From: Bdellovibrio sp.
Lineage (GTDB): Bacteria > Bdellovibrionota > Bdellovibrionia > Bdellovibrionales > Bdellovibrionaceae
DNA: 64,000 bases
Direction of reading: 5' to 3'
Assembly: GCA_036676395.1 (NCBI GenBank)
Contig: JAKFCY010000002.1
Span: 832,001 to 896,000 of the forward strand
The notes under the pieces are model-generated. The model did not search any database. It worked only from the letters and a program-made list of their open reading frames with translations, and had not been told where the DNA came from. Below, piece by piece: positions 39,947 to 50,757 of this stretch. Positions within the stretch are counted from its first letter, which is position 1. Every line of letters starts with the position of its first letter. A program made the position numbers and the translations under genes.

Positions 39947-41176
39947 ATGAACCCTACTCAAAGCCTTATTAAGTATTTATTAGTGGATTTGAATTCCTTC
40001 TTTGCCTCTTGCGAGCAGCAGGATAATCCCAAGCTTCGTAATAGGCCGATAGCTGTGGTTCCGATGCTTACAGACAGCACCAGTGTGATTGCCTCCAGCA
40101 TTGAGGCTAAGCGTAAAGGCGTAAAAACTGGAACTCGAGTCAGCGATGCTAAAAAGATGTGTCCGGGGATTATCTTTATCGAAGGTCATCACAAACGTTA
40201 CACTGAATACCATCATAAAATAGTTAAAGCGGTGAATGAAGTTTGTCCGGTCGAAAAAGTTTTATCTATAGATGAGGTGGCTTGCGAACTTATCGGCCGT
40301 GAGATGGTTGAATCAACGGCTATCGAAATTGCCAAAAAAATTAAAACCCATATTTTGCAAACTGTCGGCGATTGTCTGACGACATCTATCGGTCTTGGCC
40401 CGAATATTATGATTGCGAAGATGGCTTCAGATTTAGTGAAGCCTGATGGATTAGTTTCTGTACCTGCAGAAAAAATCGGGCAAACCTTTGATCATCTGCC
40501 CATCGAAATTATTTCGGGTGTGGGTCATAACATGAAAAGAAATTTAAACGCCAAAGGTTTTCACACCGTCGGGCAGCTGCGCGCGCTTTCGCCGCAACAA
40601 CTGCGTACTGTGTGGGGCGGGATTGTGGGTCTTCGGTTATCTGAAGAATTGGCAGGACGGAATATTCACCGCGCAGAAACCGTAACAAAAGGAATGTCGC
40701 ACGAACATGTGCTGCCGCCGCAATTGCGGCATCCACAAGGAGCTACCGAGATTTTATTAAAGCTTGCGACAAAACTTTCGGCGCGTCTGCGCGAGGGAAA
40801 TCAAAAATGCAAAACTTTAAATGTCTATATGAAAGACCAATACGGTCTGGATAGTTTAGAAAAATCGGTTTCTTTTTCTGAAACAAATGATACTTTTTTT
40901 ATTTTGCAGCAGGTTAAAAATTTGACCAAAGCAGGTGCGCCAGAGCGTCCTTTAAAAGTGGCTGTGTCAGTTTCTGGTTTAACGAATGCGAATGAAGAAC
41001 AGCTTAGCTTATTTGCTGACCCGAAAACGCAAAAGCTGGGTCATATTATGGATGTGATTAATAAAAAGTATGGTCCGAATACTTTAATCCCTGCTGAATT
41101 TCTTGATGTGACCGATCAGGCGAAGGTGCGAATTTCGTTTAGTCATATTCCTAAATTAGAAGATGAATTTGAGTGA
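39947..41176 (+). CDS. dinB: Y-family DNA polymerase (Pol IV/DinP-like)
   Basis: VDLNSFFASCEQ, SIDE, AKMASD..KPDG. Confidence 0.9.
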   Translation: MNPTQSLIKYLLVDLNSFFASCEQQDNPKLRNRPIAVVPMLTDSTSVIASSIEAKRKGVKTGTRVSDAKKMCPGIIFIEGHHKRYTEYHHKIVKAVNEVCPVEKVLSIDEVACELIGREMVESTAIEIAKKIKTHILQTVGDCLTTSIGLGPNIMIAKMASDLVKPDGLVSVPAEKIGQTFDHLPIEIISGVGHNMKRNLNAKGFHTVGQLRALSPQQLRTVWGGIVGLRLSEELAGRNIHRAETVTKGMSHEHVLPPQLRHPQGATEILLKLATKLSARLREGNQKCKTLNVYMKDQYGLDSLEKSVSFSETNDTFFILQQVKNLTKAGAPERPLKVAVSVSGLTNANEEQLSLFADPKTQKLGHIMDVINKKYGPNTLIPAEFLDVTDQAKVRISFSHIPKLEDEFE

Positions 41177-41199
41177 GTTTGGGATTAGGGTAATGACGA

Positions 41200-41246
41200 A
41201 GCTACCATCCTTGGCGGGCTTCTGACGGCGTCGTGCCGTCAGATCA
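41200..41246 (+). repeat. 47-bp intergenic repeat, copy 1
   Basis: 43/47 identical to 48464-48510; contains CCATCCTTGG and a TCTGACGGC/GCCGTCAGA hairpin. Confidence 0.85.
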
Positions 41247-41273
41247 AGGGGAATTTTTTAGGAAGGTTTTTTT

Positions 41274-42230
41274 ATGGAGTATCGTCGTTTAGGTCAGTGT
41301 GGTCTTAAGGTTTCTGCTTTATCTTTTGGGTCTTGGGTTACGTTTTCAAATCAGGTAGATACAAAACTTGCGGCTAACTGTATGGCTGCGGCTTATGAGC
41401 ATGGTGTGAATTTTTTTGACAATGCTGAAGTTTATGCCGGTGGAAAATCCGAAACTATTATGGGCGAAGTTCTAAAAAAATTAGAATGGCCTCGTTTGAA
41501 ATATATTGTTTCGACAAAATTTTTCTGGGGCATTACTGATGGTCCGAATGAACGTAATACTTTAAATCGTAAATATTTATTAAATGGAATCACAGGTTCA
41601 CTTAAACGTTTGCAAATGGATTATGTGGATCTTGTCTACTGTCATAGACCTGATCCTAATACGCCTATCGAAGAAACTGTCTGGGCGATGCATGATATGA
41701 TCGAACGTGGTTATGCTTTGTATTGGGGAACATCTGAATGGAATGCTTCTGAGATTGATCAAGCTTATCAAATCGCTGAAAAATATCACCTACGTAAACC
41801 AGTGGTTGAGCAACCGCAGTATAACTTATTATGGCGTGATCATGTTGAAAAAGAGTTGGCTCCGATTTTTGATAAATATGGTACGGGGTTAACAACTTGG
41901 TCACCGTTAGCTTCGGGTTTATTAACTGGAAAATACTTAGGCGGAAATGTTCCTGAAGGGTCACGCTTAAGTTTAGAAAGTTTAGGCTGGTTAAAAGAAG
42001 ATGCACTAAGCACTGAAAAAACCGAGAAGGTAAAAAAGTTTGTTGGTATCGCTAAAGAGTATGCTTTTGACCCAGCACAATTGGCTCTTGCTTGGTGTTT
42101 AAAGAATAAAAATGTAAGCACTGTGATCACTGGCGCTTCAAAAGTAGAACAAGTCCATCACAATATGAAAGCGATGGATCTTGTTGCTAAAATTGATGCT
42201 GAACTTTTAAAGAAATTGAACTCGATCTAG
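41274..42230 (+). CDS. Aldo/keto reductase (Kv-beta-like)
   Basis: [28 protein letters not shown]. Confidence 0.93.
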   Translation: MEYRRLGQCGLKVSALSFGSWVTFSNQVDTKLAANCMAAAYEHGVNFFDNAEVYAGGKSETIMGEVLKKLEWPRLKYIVSTKFFWGITDGPNERNTLNRKYLLNGITGSLKRLQMDYVDLVYCHRPDPNTPIEETVWAMHDMIERGYALYWGTSEWNASEIDQAYQIAEKYHLRKPVVEQPQYNLLWRDHVEKELAPIFDKYGTGLTTWSPLASGLLTGKYLGGNVPEGSRLSLESLGWLKEDALSTEKTEKVKKFVGIAKEYAFDPAQLALAWCLKNKNVSTVITGASKVEQVHHNMKAMDLVAKIDAELLKKLNSI

Positions 42231-43000
42231 CTAAACCAATACGAGCGCATTGAGATCGAACCATTCTGAATTTCGTTGTAAACGACTTCTGGCGGAACGG
42301 TTCGATTTTCAAAACTGGCTCCTAGGCAATACACTAGCGGTAAAAAATGTTCTGGCGTTGGTACTGCTAATTTGCCAGCAGGGTGTTTATCCCAGTTTTC
42401 AATTAAATTTTGATCGTCGCGATTTTTAACCTGTTGGTGAACCCAATGATCAAAATCTGAACTCCACGCCATGACCGGCGCTTTTTCTTTCCAGTCAAAG
42501 TTTCGTAAGTTGTGCACGATATTACCTGATCCTAAAATTAAAATGCCTTGCTCGCGTAAATCCGCAAGTTTTTCAGCCAAGCGGTAATGTTCAGTAAAAG
42601 ATTTACTGCGATCTAAACTTAATTGCACAACCGGAATATCTGCTTTCGGAAAAAGGTGAACTAACGTTGACCAGGCCCCGTGATCTAAACCCCAGCTGTT
42701 ATCGGGTTTAATTCCAAGTTCTGTTTTTTTATCAAACATTTGTGGATACCCTGATGGCTGATATTTAATTTCATATAACTCATCAGGAAACCCTGACATG
42801 TCATAGATTTGTCTGGGTTTTGTATCCATCGTAAAGTGGGTACCATTAGCAGTCTCCCAGTGAGCCGAAATCATTAAGATCGCTTTCGGTGGATTTTTTA
42901 ATAATCTTTCACCTAGGTCATTTAATGTTCTTGAGTACTCGTTATCAGCTAGCGCATTCATCGGTGAACCGTGGCTAATAAATAAAATGGGTTGTCTCAT
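42227..43000 (-). CDS. ygiD: 4,5-DOPA extradiol dioxygenase (YgiD/LigB-like)
   Basis: [35 protein letters not shown]. Confidence 0.9.
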   Translation of the reverse strand: MRQPILFISHGSPMNALADNEYSRTLNDLGERLLKNPPKAILMISAHWETANGTHFTMDTKPRQIYDMSGFPDELYEIKYQPSGYPQMFDKKTELGIKPDNSWGLDHGAWSTLVHLFPKADIPVVQLSLDRSKSFTEHYRLAEKLADLREQGILILGSGNIVHNLRNFDWKEKAPVMAWSSDFDHWVHQQVKNRDDQNLIENWDKHPAGKLAVPTPEHFLPLVYCLGASFENRTVPPEVVYNEIQNGSISMRSYWFS

Positions 43001-43021
43001 GGTGTCCTCCTTACGCATTAA

Positions 43022-43636
43022 CTACTTGGCTTTTGCACCTTGTACTTTTAAAGAAATCGTTACTTCATCACCGACAACGGGGCCAACTTCAACGGCTTTG
43101 CTCCATTTTAAACCGAACTGTTGACGGTTAATTTTTGTCGAAGCATTGAAGGCTGCTTTTTCGTTGCCGTAAGCATCTTTAACTACACCTAAAAATTTAC
43201 CATCTAAAGTGACTTCTTTGGTTTTATCTTTAATTGTTAGATCACCGACGACTTTAAAATTTTCAGGGGTGCCTGTGATTTTTTTACTTTTGAAAGTCAT
43301 TTTCGGATATTTTGCGACATCAAAAAAATCTGCGCTTTTTAAATGTTTATCGCGGTCGCCATTTGAGGTGTCGATTGTTGATACGTCAATTGATGCAGTT
43401 ACTTTTGAATCTGTGAATTTATCAGCTAATTCAATCTCACCGTCATATTTGGTAAAGCGGCCTTCGACTGTTGAAATCACTAAGTGGGGGATTTCAAAGC
43501 CTACTTTTGAATGCGCTTCATCTAACGTGTATTTGCCGGCTTGGCTTGAAGCCGCAGCTTTTTTGTCAGCAGCTTGAGTTGTAAAGCCTAAAGTACTGAT
43601 GGCTAATGCGATTAATAGTGTTTGTTTGTGGTTCAT
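43022..43636 (-). CDS. YceI-family periplasmic lipid-binding protein
   Basis: D..HS.VGF...H, RDKHLKSADFFDV..YP. Confidence 0.93.
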   Translation of the reverse strand: MNHKQTLLIALAISTLGFTTQAADKKAAASSQAGKYTLDEAHSKVGFEIPHLVISTVEGRFTKYDGEIELADKFTDSKVTASIDVSTIDTSNGDRDKHLKSADFFDVAKYPKMTFKSKKITGTPENFKVVGDLTIKDKTKEVTLDGKFLGVVKDAYGNEKAAFNASTKINRQQFGLKWSKAVEVGPVVGDEVTISLKVQGAKAK

Positions 43637-43723
43637 AGTGTTTCTCCTTGTAAGTAAACAACGTTTGTTAAAGTTAGTATCGCCCGAAATTCAGTGTTGC
43701 AAAAGACCCTATAATTGGAAATA

Positions 43724-43745
43724 ATTGTTCCAATAGTGGAACAAT
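43724..43745. promoter_or_regulatory. Palindromic LysR-type operator
   Basis: ATTGTTCCA-ATAG-TGGAACAAT, perfect 9-bp arms, between divergent yceI-like and lysR genes. Confidence 0.6.
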
Positions 43746-43761
43746 GTGAGGGCTTTCAAGA

Positions 43762-44658
43762 ATGGAACAACTGGGTTTAGATCTGAATCTTGCTAAAATT
43801 TACGTCAAAGTGATCGAATATAAGAGCTTTAGCCAGGCCGCGCGCATGTTGCGTATGCCAAAGTCCACGATCTCGCGCTCGGTCAGTCAGTTAGAAAAAG
43901 ACTTAGGCATTCAGTTAATTCTTAGAACGACTCGTCAATTCAGTATGACTCACCAAGGTGAAACCTTCTATCACGACTGCAAACACCTCCTGGGCGATTT
44001 TGAAGTTAAGGTGAATCAGCTGATAGAAAGCAAAAAAGGTGCTAAGGGAACCGTTCGCGTAACAGCGCCATTAGATCTTGGGGTTGCGGTGTTAAACCCG
44101 CTGATCATAGAGTTCATTGAAAGTTATCCGTTAGTTGAAATTGAGGTCGATTATTCAGATGAAGTTGTTAATTTGGTGCGTGAAGGATTTGATTTAGCTT
44201 TAAGAATCGGAACCCCGAAAGACAGCCGTTTAAAAATGAAAAAAATCGGTGAGTCCTCTTTTTCAGTGATGGCCACCAATGAGTTCTGGCAGCGCCATGG
44301 TTATCCGCAAAAGCCCCAAGACCTAGATGAATTGCCCTATATGCATTTCAGCCGGTTCGGTCGATCGATTAGATTTAGCAATGGCAAAGAAAATTTCAGC
44401 ATTAAAAATGAACCACGCATTACGATTAATAATTTAGAATCGTTAAAAAGTATCGTGTTGGCGTCGCAAGGTTTTAGTATAATACCAGATTTTTTTGCAA
44501 AGACAGAAGTGCAAAAAGGAACATTAGAAGTGGCCTTAAAGTCTTATAAGGCCGTCGCCGTACCGATTTACTGGGCGATGCCAGAGCATAAAGAAAATGC
44601 TCTGGTGATTAAAAATTTTAGGGAGTTTATCACTCCCAAAATTCGCGTCAGTTTATAG
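43762..44658 (+). CDS. LysR-family transcriptional regulator
   Basis: SFSQAA..L..PKSTISR.V..LE..LG..L..RTTR; FDLALRIG. Confidence 0.95.
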   Translation: MEQLGLDLNLAKIYVKVIEYKSFSQAARMLRMPKSTISRSVSQLEKDLGIQLILRTTRQFSMTHQGETFYHDCKHLLGDFEVKVNQLIESKKGAKGTVRVTAPLDLGVAVLNPLIIEFIESYPLVEIEVDYSDEVVNLVREGFDLALRIGTPKDSRLKMKKIGESSFSVMATNEFWQRHGYPQKPQDLDELPYMHFSRFGRSIRFSNGKENFSIKNEPRITINNLESLKSIVLASQGFSIIPDFFAKTEVQKGTLEVALKSYKAVAVPIYWAMPEHKENALVIKNFREFITPKIRVSL

Positions 44659-45570
44659 AAGTAAAAGCATGCTGGCGATGCCAGAATAGAATTTGATTTG
44701 GCGATCACGAATCACATGCGGATTGCGCACGCCTAATAAATAGAAGTGACGGTAATCTAAACACTGCTCCCAGTGTTCTAAATTAAGAACAAAAGATTTA
44801 TCAGAACGTACTTTATTTAAAGTTTTTTCTGTTGTCGGGATATTCGTCGTCCAAGTCGCCGATGCGAAACTTACGATACCATCTGAGGGTCCTGTGATGA
44901 AGGCATCAGTCACACTTAGTACGGCCGTCATATTGGCTGCATTGGTGATATCCCAGTTAACGGGTTGGTAACCACCGTAAGCGATAATTTTAAGAGTTGA
45001 AGGTACGCGCACAGATTGAATAAATTTTTGCACGTACGGTGTAGTTAATTGGCGAAGACCATCTAAACGGGCTAAGTCCATTAAAGCTCTGAATGGCCAA
45101 GAGTTCTCACGCCATTTTTCGACGAATTCAACGCCATTAAATGGAGTACTTACCGTAACTAGTGTCTTAATATAGCGGGCGCCTTTGTTGATCGCGTATA
45201 AAGCGTATAATCCACCAGCACTGTGGCCGATCACATTCACTTCAGCATTAGGAGCCAACTGCTTAAGGTTTACGAATAACTTTAAAACGCGTTCGCCGTT
45301 ATCTTCGATAGTGCCAACAGGGTTTAATTTTTGCGCAATCACTACAGTGTAGCCCTTGCTTTGCATCGCTTGAACGATGTCGCCTGAAAAATACTCTGGC
45401 GCGAACGTATTGAAGAAGCCTGGCACAAACACAGCGATGCGTTTTGTACTTGCTGACAAATTGTCGGTCGTTAAGATTTGATCATTATTTGACTCTAACA
45501 ATTGAGCATTAGCAAAAAGTGGTGAAAACACCACAGATAGAATCAAAATTAAAGATGTAAGTTTTACCAT
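44653..45570 (-). CDS. Secreted lipase/esterase (alpha/beta hydrolase)
   Basis: VPG, GHSAGG, STPFNG, SDGIV. Confidence 0.85.
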   Translation of the reverse strand: MVKLTSLILILSVVFSPLFANAQLLESNNDQILTTDNLSASTKRIAVFVPGFFNTFAPEYFSGDIVQAMQSKGYTVVIAQKLNPVGTIEDNGERVLKLFVNLKQLAPNAEVNVIGHSAGGLYALYAINKGARYIKTLVTVSTPFNGVEFVEKWRENSWPFRALMDLARLDGLRQLTTPYVQKFIQSVRVPSTLKIIAYGGYQPVNWDITNAANMTAVLSVTDAFITGPSDGIVSFASATWTTNIPTTEKTLNKVRSDKSFVLNLEHWEQCLDYRHFYLLGVRNPHVIRDRQIKFYSGIASMLLLL

Positions 45571-45781
45571 GTATCCCCCCCGGAAAACCTTGCGAAACTT
45601 GGGTAAGAACCTAAGCTTAGGAACCTTGGGCTGTCACTAACGGTGAATGAAAAAACAAAAATTAGAGTTAAAAACCTATAAAATTCACCTTAACGTAAAT
45701 TTGACATGTTGCGACATCGCTTGAAATAGAGTATAAAGGTAGGCGTCTCAGAACACACACGGACCTTTGGGGGTACAATAT

Positions 45782-46354
45782 ATGTCAAACACGGAATCAA
45801 CTCCGACAGCACCAGCTATTAACGTTAAAGATACTGGTAGAACAAAAGAAGACGAAATCGAAATTAATGATGAAGATGAATTAGAATCAGCAGGTAAGGT
45901 TCACGACCGTTTCGGTGGTGATGACGATATCTCAGTAGATGCAGGCTTAGATAACACACAAGCTTTAAACTTATTATCTGAAGAAGATGAAGACTTTAAC
46001 TTTGATGCTGTAGAAAACATTTTAGAACTTCCTGAAAATGAATTTCCTAAATTTACTTTAGCAAAAAATAAAGCGCGCTTTTTACGTATGGTATCTTGGT
46101 ACCGTCAAAAAGAAGAGTGGATCGAAGTAGCTCCTTTATCTGGAGTACAAAAGCTTTTCAAACAACAAACTAAAGAGCTTGAAGGCATCCGCGCATCTAA
46201 AATGGATTACGAAATGGAACTTGAGACAGGAACATTAACTCCGTCACAACGTTCTTACAAACGTGACGAATTAAAAATGTGCCGCGTACAAGAAAAAATG
46301 GCTGTTCACTTAATCTCTAAGTTACAGTTAAAAATCAAATCTGGCCGTCGGTAA
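45782..46354 (+). CDS. Hypothetical protein with acidic N-terminus and basic helical C-terminus
   Basis: Intact ORF with strongly biased codon usage; SD GGGGG. Confidence 0.75.
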   Translation: MSNTESTPTAPAINVKDTGRTKEDEIEINDEDELESAGKVHDRFGGDDDISVDAGLDNTQALNLLSEEDEDFNFDAVENILELPENEFPKFTLAKNKARFLRMVSWYRQKEEWIEVAPLSGVQKLFKQQTKELEGIRASKMDYEMELETGTLTPSQRSYKRDELKMCRVQEKMAVHLISKLQLKIKSGRR

Positions 46355-46430
46355 TTTGGCTGCCGTTCCGGCAGACAATTCTCGCTAGAATACATTTGAA
46401 CGAATAATTAAAACGGATCATGATTAAAAT

Positions 46431-47147
46431 ATGATCCGTTTTTTATTTCTGGCGCTATTACTTATTTCTCAAACCTCAGTGGCTGCGACCATTCAAGGTT
46501 TTAGTGATGAGCATTTTTATCCCATGGTTGAACGCGCTCGTGGGCAAAAATCAAAAAACTTATTAATCGCCGGCGCTATTCTTTCAGCGGCTAGTTACGA
46601 TAAACAGTATGAAATTCCCAAAGTCACCGCGAGCCAAATTAAAATGGGCGAAGATTTAGGCGGGGGAGTGTTCTCTGGTCTAATCATTGCCTCACAATTT
46701 ATTTTTGACAGTGATACTTATAATTACCAATCGCATTTGCGCGGTTTAGCTTATGATATTGGTTTTGTTTTTGGAATGAAGGCTCTCTTGCATGGGCGCT
46801 GGCCCGGAGCCAATTATGATTACCAAGCTTTTCCCTCAGCACATGCATCGATTGCATTTATGAGTGCGACAAGCCTGACATATGCCTATGGTTGGCCAAT
46901 GGCCATCATTGCTTATCCTGCGGCAACATTTGTTGCTTACTCGCGCTTAGGGTATGATTGTACTCGTTTGTCAGATGTTATCGCAGGAGCTACGATCGGC
47001 ATCTGGCTTGGCAGAGCCAGCTACTATGAAAATGCAGATGCCGCGAAAGATATTCGTCTACAGAAAAATCCAAAGATAACTTCACTCGAAGTTTTTCCGA
47101 TTTTCTCAGCAAACCAAATTGGAACAGTTGTTTACTATTCGTTTTAG
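46431..47147 (+). CDS. PAP2-family phosphatase
   Basis: FPSAHAS, SR...SDVIAGA; third-motif His appears replaced. Confidence 0.75.
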   Translation: MIRFLFLALLLISQTSVAATIQGFSDEHFYPMVERARGQKSKNLLIAGAILSAASYDKQYEIPKVTASQIKMGEDLGGGVFSGLIIASQFIFDSDTYNYQSHLRGLAYDIGFVFGMKALLHGRWPGANYDYQAFPSAHASIAFMSATSLTYAYGWPMAIIAYPAATFVAYSRLGYDCTRLSDVIAGATIGIWLGRASYYENADAAKDIRLQKNPKITSLEVFPIFSANQIGTVVYYSF

Positions 47148-47243
47148 CCCTAGTCTCACGACCAGAAAATTTTGTTTTGAGTCGTTCTAAGCCTCGTAAA
47201 ATCGTTATAAGCATTTATTCTCAATATATTTCTCATCTGCCCC

Positions 47244-47270
47244 TAAAGGTTTTCTATTTCATTCCGATAC
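47244..47270 (+). promoter_or_regulatory. Sigma28-type promoter
   Basis: TAAA-N15-TCCGATAC. Confidence 0.55.
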
Positions 47271-47370
47271 ATTCATTGTGAGTCATTTGAATCATACAGG
47301 TACAAAAGACTTTAGATTTTAACTTAATGTTTAATGGCGTAACGCCAAGACGATTAACGAGGGAGGCCTA

Positions 47371-47808
47371 ATGGCTCGATCATTTGTATACATTGTATCA
47401 GAGAATCCTGAAGTCGTTGAGAAGGTAAAAAAATCTTGCGAAGGTCAAGATGTTAACTTTTTCAATTATTCGGGGCCGCAATGGAGAGAAGGAATGGACA
47501 ATCCATTCTTCAGAACACAACTAACTAACGGTGTTCCAGCTCTTACTGCCGGTTTAACACCCATCACTCATGAAGGTGGAAACAACGTAGTTTCTTTCCC
47601 TCAGGCTTCTTCTGGTCAAACAGAAAAAGTTCAGAAGATGGAAGACATGGAAGCTCGTGCTATCGAAGCTGCTATTTACCAATACAAAGGTAATTTAACA
47701 GAAGCGGCAAAAGCATTAGGCATCGGCCGTGCTACTCTTTATCGTAAAGTAAAACAATATCACATCGACCCCTCCCAAGCTCGACGTCGTAAACTTGTTG
47801 CAGCTTAA
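47371..47808 (+). CDS. Fis-type HTH domain protein
   Basis: GNLTEAAKALGIGRATLYRKVK. Confidence 0.88.
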   Translation: MARSFVYIVSENPEVVEKVKKSCEGQDVNFFNYSGPQWREGMDNPFFRTQLTNGVPALTAGLTPITHEGGNNVVSFPQASSGQTEKVQKMEDMEARAIEAAIYQYKGNLTEAAKALGIGRATLYRKVKQYHIDPSQARRRKLVAA

Positions 47809-47936
47809 TTGCTGTAACAACTCGCGACCGATATTTGATTTAATCAAAATGAAACATACGGCTGGACCTTTGGTCTGGCCGTATCGTTTTTTTGCCGTTT
47901 GTATGAGAGAATTATTTATAAGCCCACGGAGAGAAT

Positions 47937-48446
47937 ATGACTAAACCAAATAAAATTTTTGCGGCCCTTGTAGGTGTTATCGCGATCGCTTTTACGACTC
48001 ATTATTTTTTTGTAAGCAGCATTGAAGAAAATGATCGTGAAGTTGCTAGTTTTGGTGAACGTAATTCTGTGGATCAAATTAAATGGGAACATAACTTAGC
48101 CCGTGATTTGGCTGCGGGAAAAGTAAAAACCCAATTACCTTCGCAAGTTTCTTGGCAAGATGTGTTCGTCTATGAATTTTTACGTGGCCAATACAATATT
48201 TCTTTGAAACAAGGTCAGATTGACCGCATCACTTTGCAAGACCAACATGAAGGTTTTGCTATTGATGTGAACCAGTTTATGAAAGACTACGGCTCTAAGA
48301 TGAAAAACTTCACGAAATTCGAAGTTAAAAAAATAGATGCTAAGCAAGACATCGTTGAGCTTATGGATGCTTCTGGGCATGATGCTGGCGCGTTTTTATT
48401 TAATCGCAATGACCAAGGTCGAGTGACTGAGATAGTCGTACAATAA
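47937..48446 (+). CDS. Hypothetical exported/membrane-anchored protein
   Basis: N-terminal TM segment; SD GGAG. Confidence 0.7.
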   Translation: MTKPNKIFAALVGVIAIAFTTHYFFVSSIEENDREVASFGERNSVDQIKWEHNLARDLAAGKVKTQLPSQVSWQDVFVYEFLRGQYNISLKQGQIDRITLQDQHEGFAIDVNQFMKDYGSKMKNFTKFEVKKIDAKQDIVELMDASGHDAGAFLFNRNDQGRVTEIVVQ

Positions 48447-48463
48447 CGCGGGCGGTAGCGCGG

Positions 48464-48510
48464 AGCTACCATCCTTGGCAAGCTTCTGACGGCTTCCTGC
48501 CGTCAGATCA
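48464..48510 (+). repeat. 47-bp intergenic repeat, copy 2
   Basis: 43/47 identical to 41200-41246. Confidence 0.85.
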
Positions 48511-48562
48511 TTTTTTTAGAAAATTAGACTCTGTTTTTCCTCTGAAATACCGATAAAACTGT

Positions 48563-49807
48563 ATGGTATTTCCAGATTTAAATACATTTGAAATTTCTGA
48601 ACAAAAACATAAGCCGCTCGTGCCGATTCGTGTTCTTTCATTCGTGATTGATTACTTTATTTTTGCACCGGTGATCAGCTTTTTAGTGTTAGTGTTTTTT
48701 CACAGTGGGGTAGATATCTACCGCAGTTTTCCGAAATCGGCTGAAGCTCAATCTGTCTTTGGGTATTTAGTTGTTGGCTATGTGATTTTATCTACTTTTT
48801 TTCAGGCGGTGTTTATGTCGTTTATCGGCGCAACACCAGGTCAGTATTTTTTAAAACTTAAAGTTGAATTTAAAAATACCCAGTATCCGATTTTTTTACA
48901 GGCCTGGGCCCGCCAGCTTGGTTTTGTGATTAGTTTTTTATTTTTAGGTATTCCATTTTTAAAAGCTTTGGCTGATGAAAACGGGCAGTGCTTTTATGAA
49001 AAGATGACTGAGTCTCAGTTAGTGTCGCGTTGGCCGATGGATTCTAATTCTTATTTTTTTAAAGCTATTGATGTTGATCGTAAATTTTGGTCAGCTTCAC
49101 TTGCAACGATCAGTTCATTTTTAATTGCTCTTGGGCTAGTGATGTTTTGGAAGAACTATCAGTTTGTTCTTACGTCTCCTGACACTTATGCAAAGATCAA
49201 AGCTAAGAAAAAATCTTGTACTGAGTTTGTTCATTTAGACTCAACTGATCGGTTACGTTATGCTATTGCAATGAATTTAGTGGGCACAGTCAGTGATGCC
49301 TGCCTTGATCAGGAAGCTGATTTTGTTTTATGGCGTAATTTTACGGATGACCGCGCCTTGGCTTATTTTGCTAAGTTTGTTTCTAGCAATAATGACCGTT
49401 TAGAAAGCAGATATTTAAAGCAGGCCTGTACAGAAGATGAATCTTCAGAAGGCTGTTACTGGGCGACTACATTTACCGAAAATAATTTCGCAGCGATTCG
49501 TAATAAGCCTGAAATGGCCAGAACTTTGTTAGGTAAAGTTTTACTTTACGAGTTTGCATCTAAAGGTAATACGAAGAAACGCCTTCAGGCTTTTAATGAT
49601 TTAAAAGAATACGTTAATTTTAAAAGTGTGAAGAAGTATCTTCTGTTAGAAAATTTAAATTTAAACTTAAATAAAGATATGGAAGAATTAACAGCTAAAA
49701 CTACTCTGCAAGATCCAAAAGCACGCCGTCCTGCTAATTTCGAGCCTTTGAAAAAAGAACCTCTGCTAGACAGCGATGAAATTAAAACGCTGATCGAGGA
49801 TTTATGA
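48563..49807 (+). CDS. RDD-family membrane protein with soluble C-terminal extension
   Basis: R.LSFVIDY, GATPGQ..LKLKV. Confidence 0.78.
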   Translation: MVFPDLNTFEISEQKHKPLVPIRVLSFVIDYFIFAPVISFLVLVFFHSGVDIYRSFPKSAEAQSVFGYLVVGYVILSTFFQAVFMSFIGATPGQYFLKLKVEFKNTQYPIFLQAWARQLGFVISFLFLGIPFLKALADENGQCFYEKMTESQLVSRWPMDSNSYFFKAIDVDRKFWSASLATISSFLIALGLVMFWKNYQFVLTSPDTYAKIKAKKKSCTEFVHLDSTDRLRYAIAMNLVGTVSDACLDQEADFVLWRNFTDDRALAYFAKFVSSNNDRLESRYLKQACTEDESSEGCYWATTFTENNFAAIRNKPEMARTLLGKVLLYEFASKGNTKKRLQAFNDLKEYVNFKSVKKYLLLENLNLNLNKDMEELTAKTTLQDPKARRPANFEPLKKEPLLDSDEIKTLIEDL

Positions 49808-50757
49808 TTTTTCCTGGCGATATCTATCAGCAAAAAATTCAGCCAAGCTTAACGCCAGTTTGGATATTGATGGCGATCAATGTGTTTGTGTATTTATTTA
49901 CCTTAGTGGGGTATTCAGATCCAGGTCGTAATTATCGTCCTGAAATTTACCAGGAAAAGATCGCCAAACTTTCTGAGATGTATCGGCAAACGTTAGACCC
50001 TATTGAACTTGAAACCTATAACCCGCAAAATATTCCGGCGATGATTCGTGATTCGCGCTTTTGGTTACGGGCCCAGAATTTTCCGTTTAAGGGCGATCAG
50101 GTTAAAATTGAAGACACAAAAATATTTTTAGCAGACCTGCGCTCTGAATATTTAAAGTCTCCGCAGTACACTTTTGGTTTATCTCCGTCGCCAACTTCAT
50201 TGTGGGCCTGGTTTACCTATCAGTTTTTACATACTGGTTTTTTTCATTTAGCGATGAATTTATTTTTTTTATTCTTAGTGCTTTCGGTTTTACAAAAAAT
50301 GGTTCCACAAAGCTGGGTTTACTCAGTGTATGTCATCAGCGGTTTAGGTGGCGGGGTCGCGTATCTTTATATGAATCAATTTAATGAAATCGCAGTTCTT
50401 GGAGCCAGTGGCGCCATTTGTGGTTTGATGGCCTTTTTGGCTGTGATTGGCAATATAAAAAATATTGAGTGGAGTTATTTTTTATCTCCGCTAAAAGGTT
50501 ATTACGGTATTATTTATTTACCGGCTTTTTTGCTGTTTCCGGTTTATTTGCTTTCAGATTTTACCACAGTTCTTTATTACACCTCAGGGGTGCAATCATC
50601 GGTGGCGCATTCAGCGCACATCGGGGGCACGCTGGTTGGGTTTTTATTGGGATTATATTTTCTGTGGGATCAAAAAGTTAAAATGAATGTCTTAAATAAT
50701 TGGGGCCATGCCCTGTCGCAAGAAGACTATTCTGAACTACGCGATAAAATCAGTTAA
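49804..50757 (+). CDS. Rhomboid intramembrane serine protease
   Basis: YQFLH..FFHLAMN, GASGA, AHSAHIGG. Confidence 0.92.
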   Translation: MIFPGDIYQQKIQPSLTPVWILMAINVFVYLFTLVGYSDPGRNYRPEIYQEKIAKLSEMYRQTLDPIELETYNPQNIPAMIRDSRFWLRAQNFPFKGDQVKIEDTKIFLADLRSEYLKSPQYTFGLSPSPTSLWAWFTYQFLHTGFFHLAMNLFFLFLVLSVLQKMVPQSWVYSVYVISGLGGGVAYLYMNQFNEIAVLGASGAICGLMAFLAVIGNIKNIEWSYFLSPLKGYYGIIYLPAFLLFPVYLLSDFTTVLYYTSGVQSSVAHSAHIGGTLVGFLLGLYFLWDQKVKMNVLNNWGHALSQEDYSELRDKIS

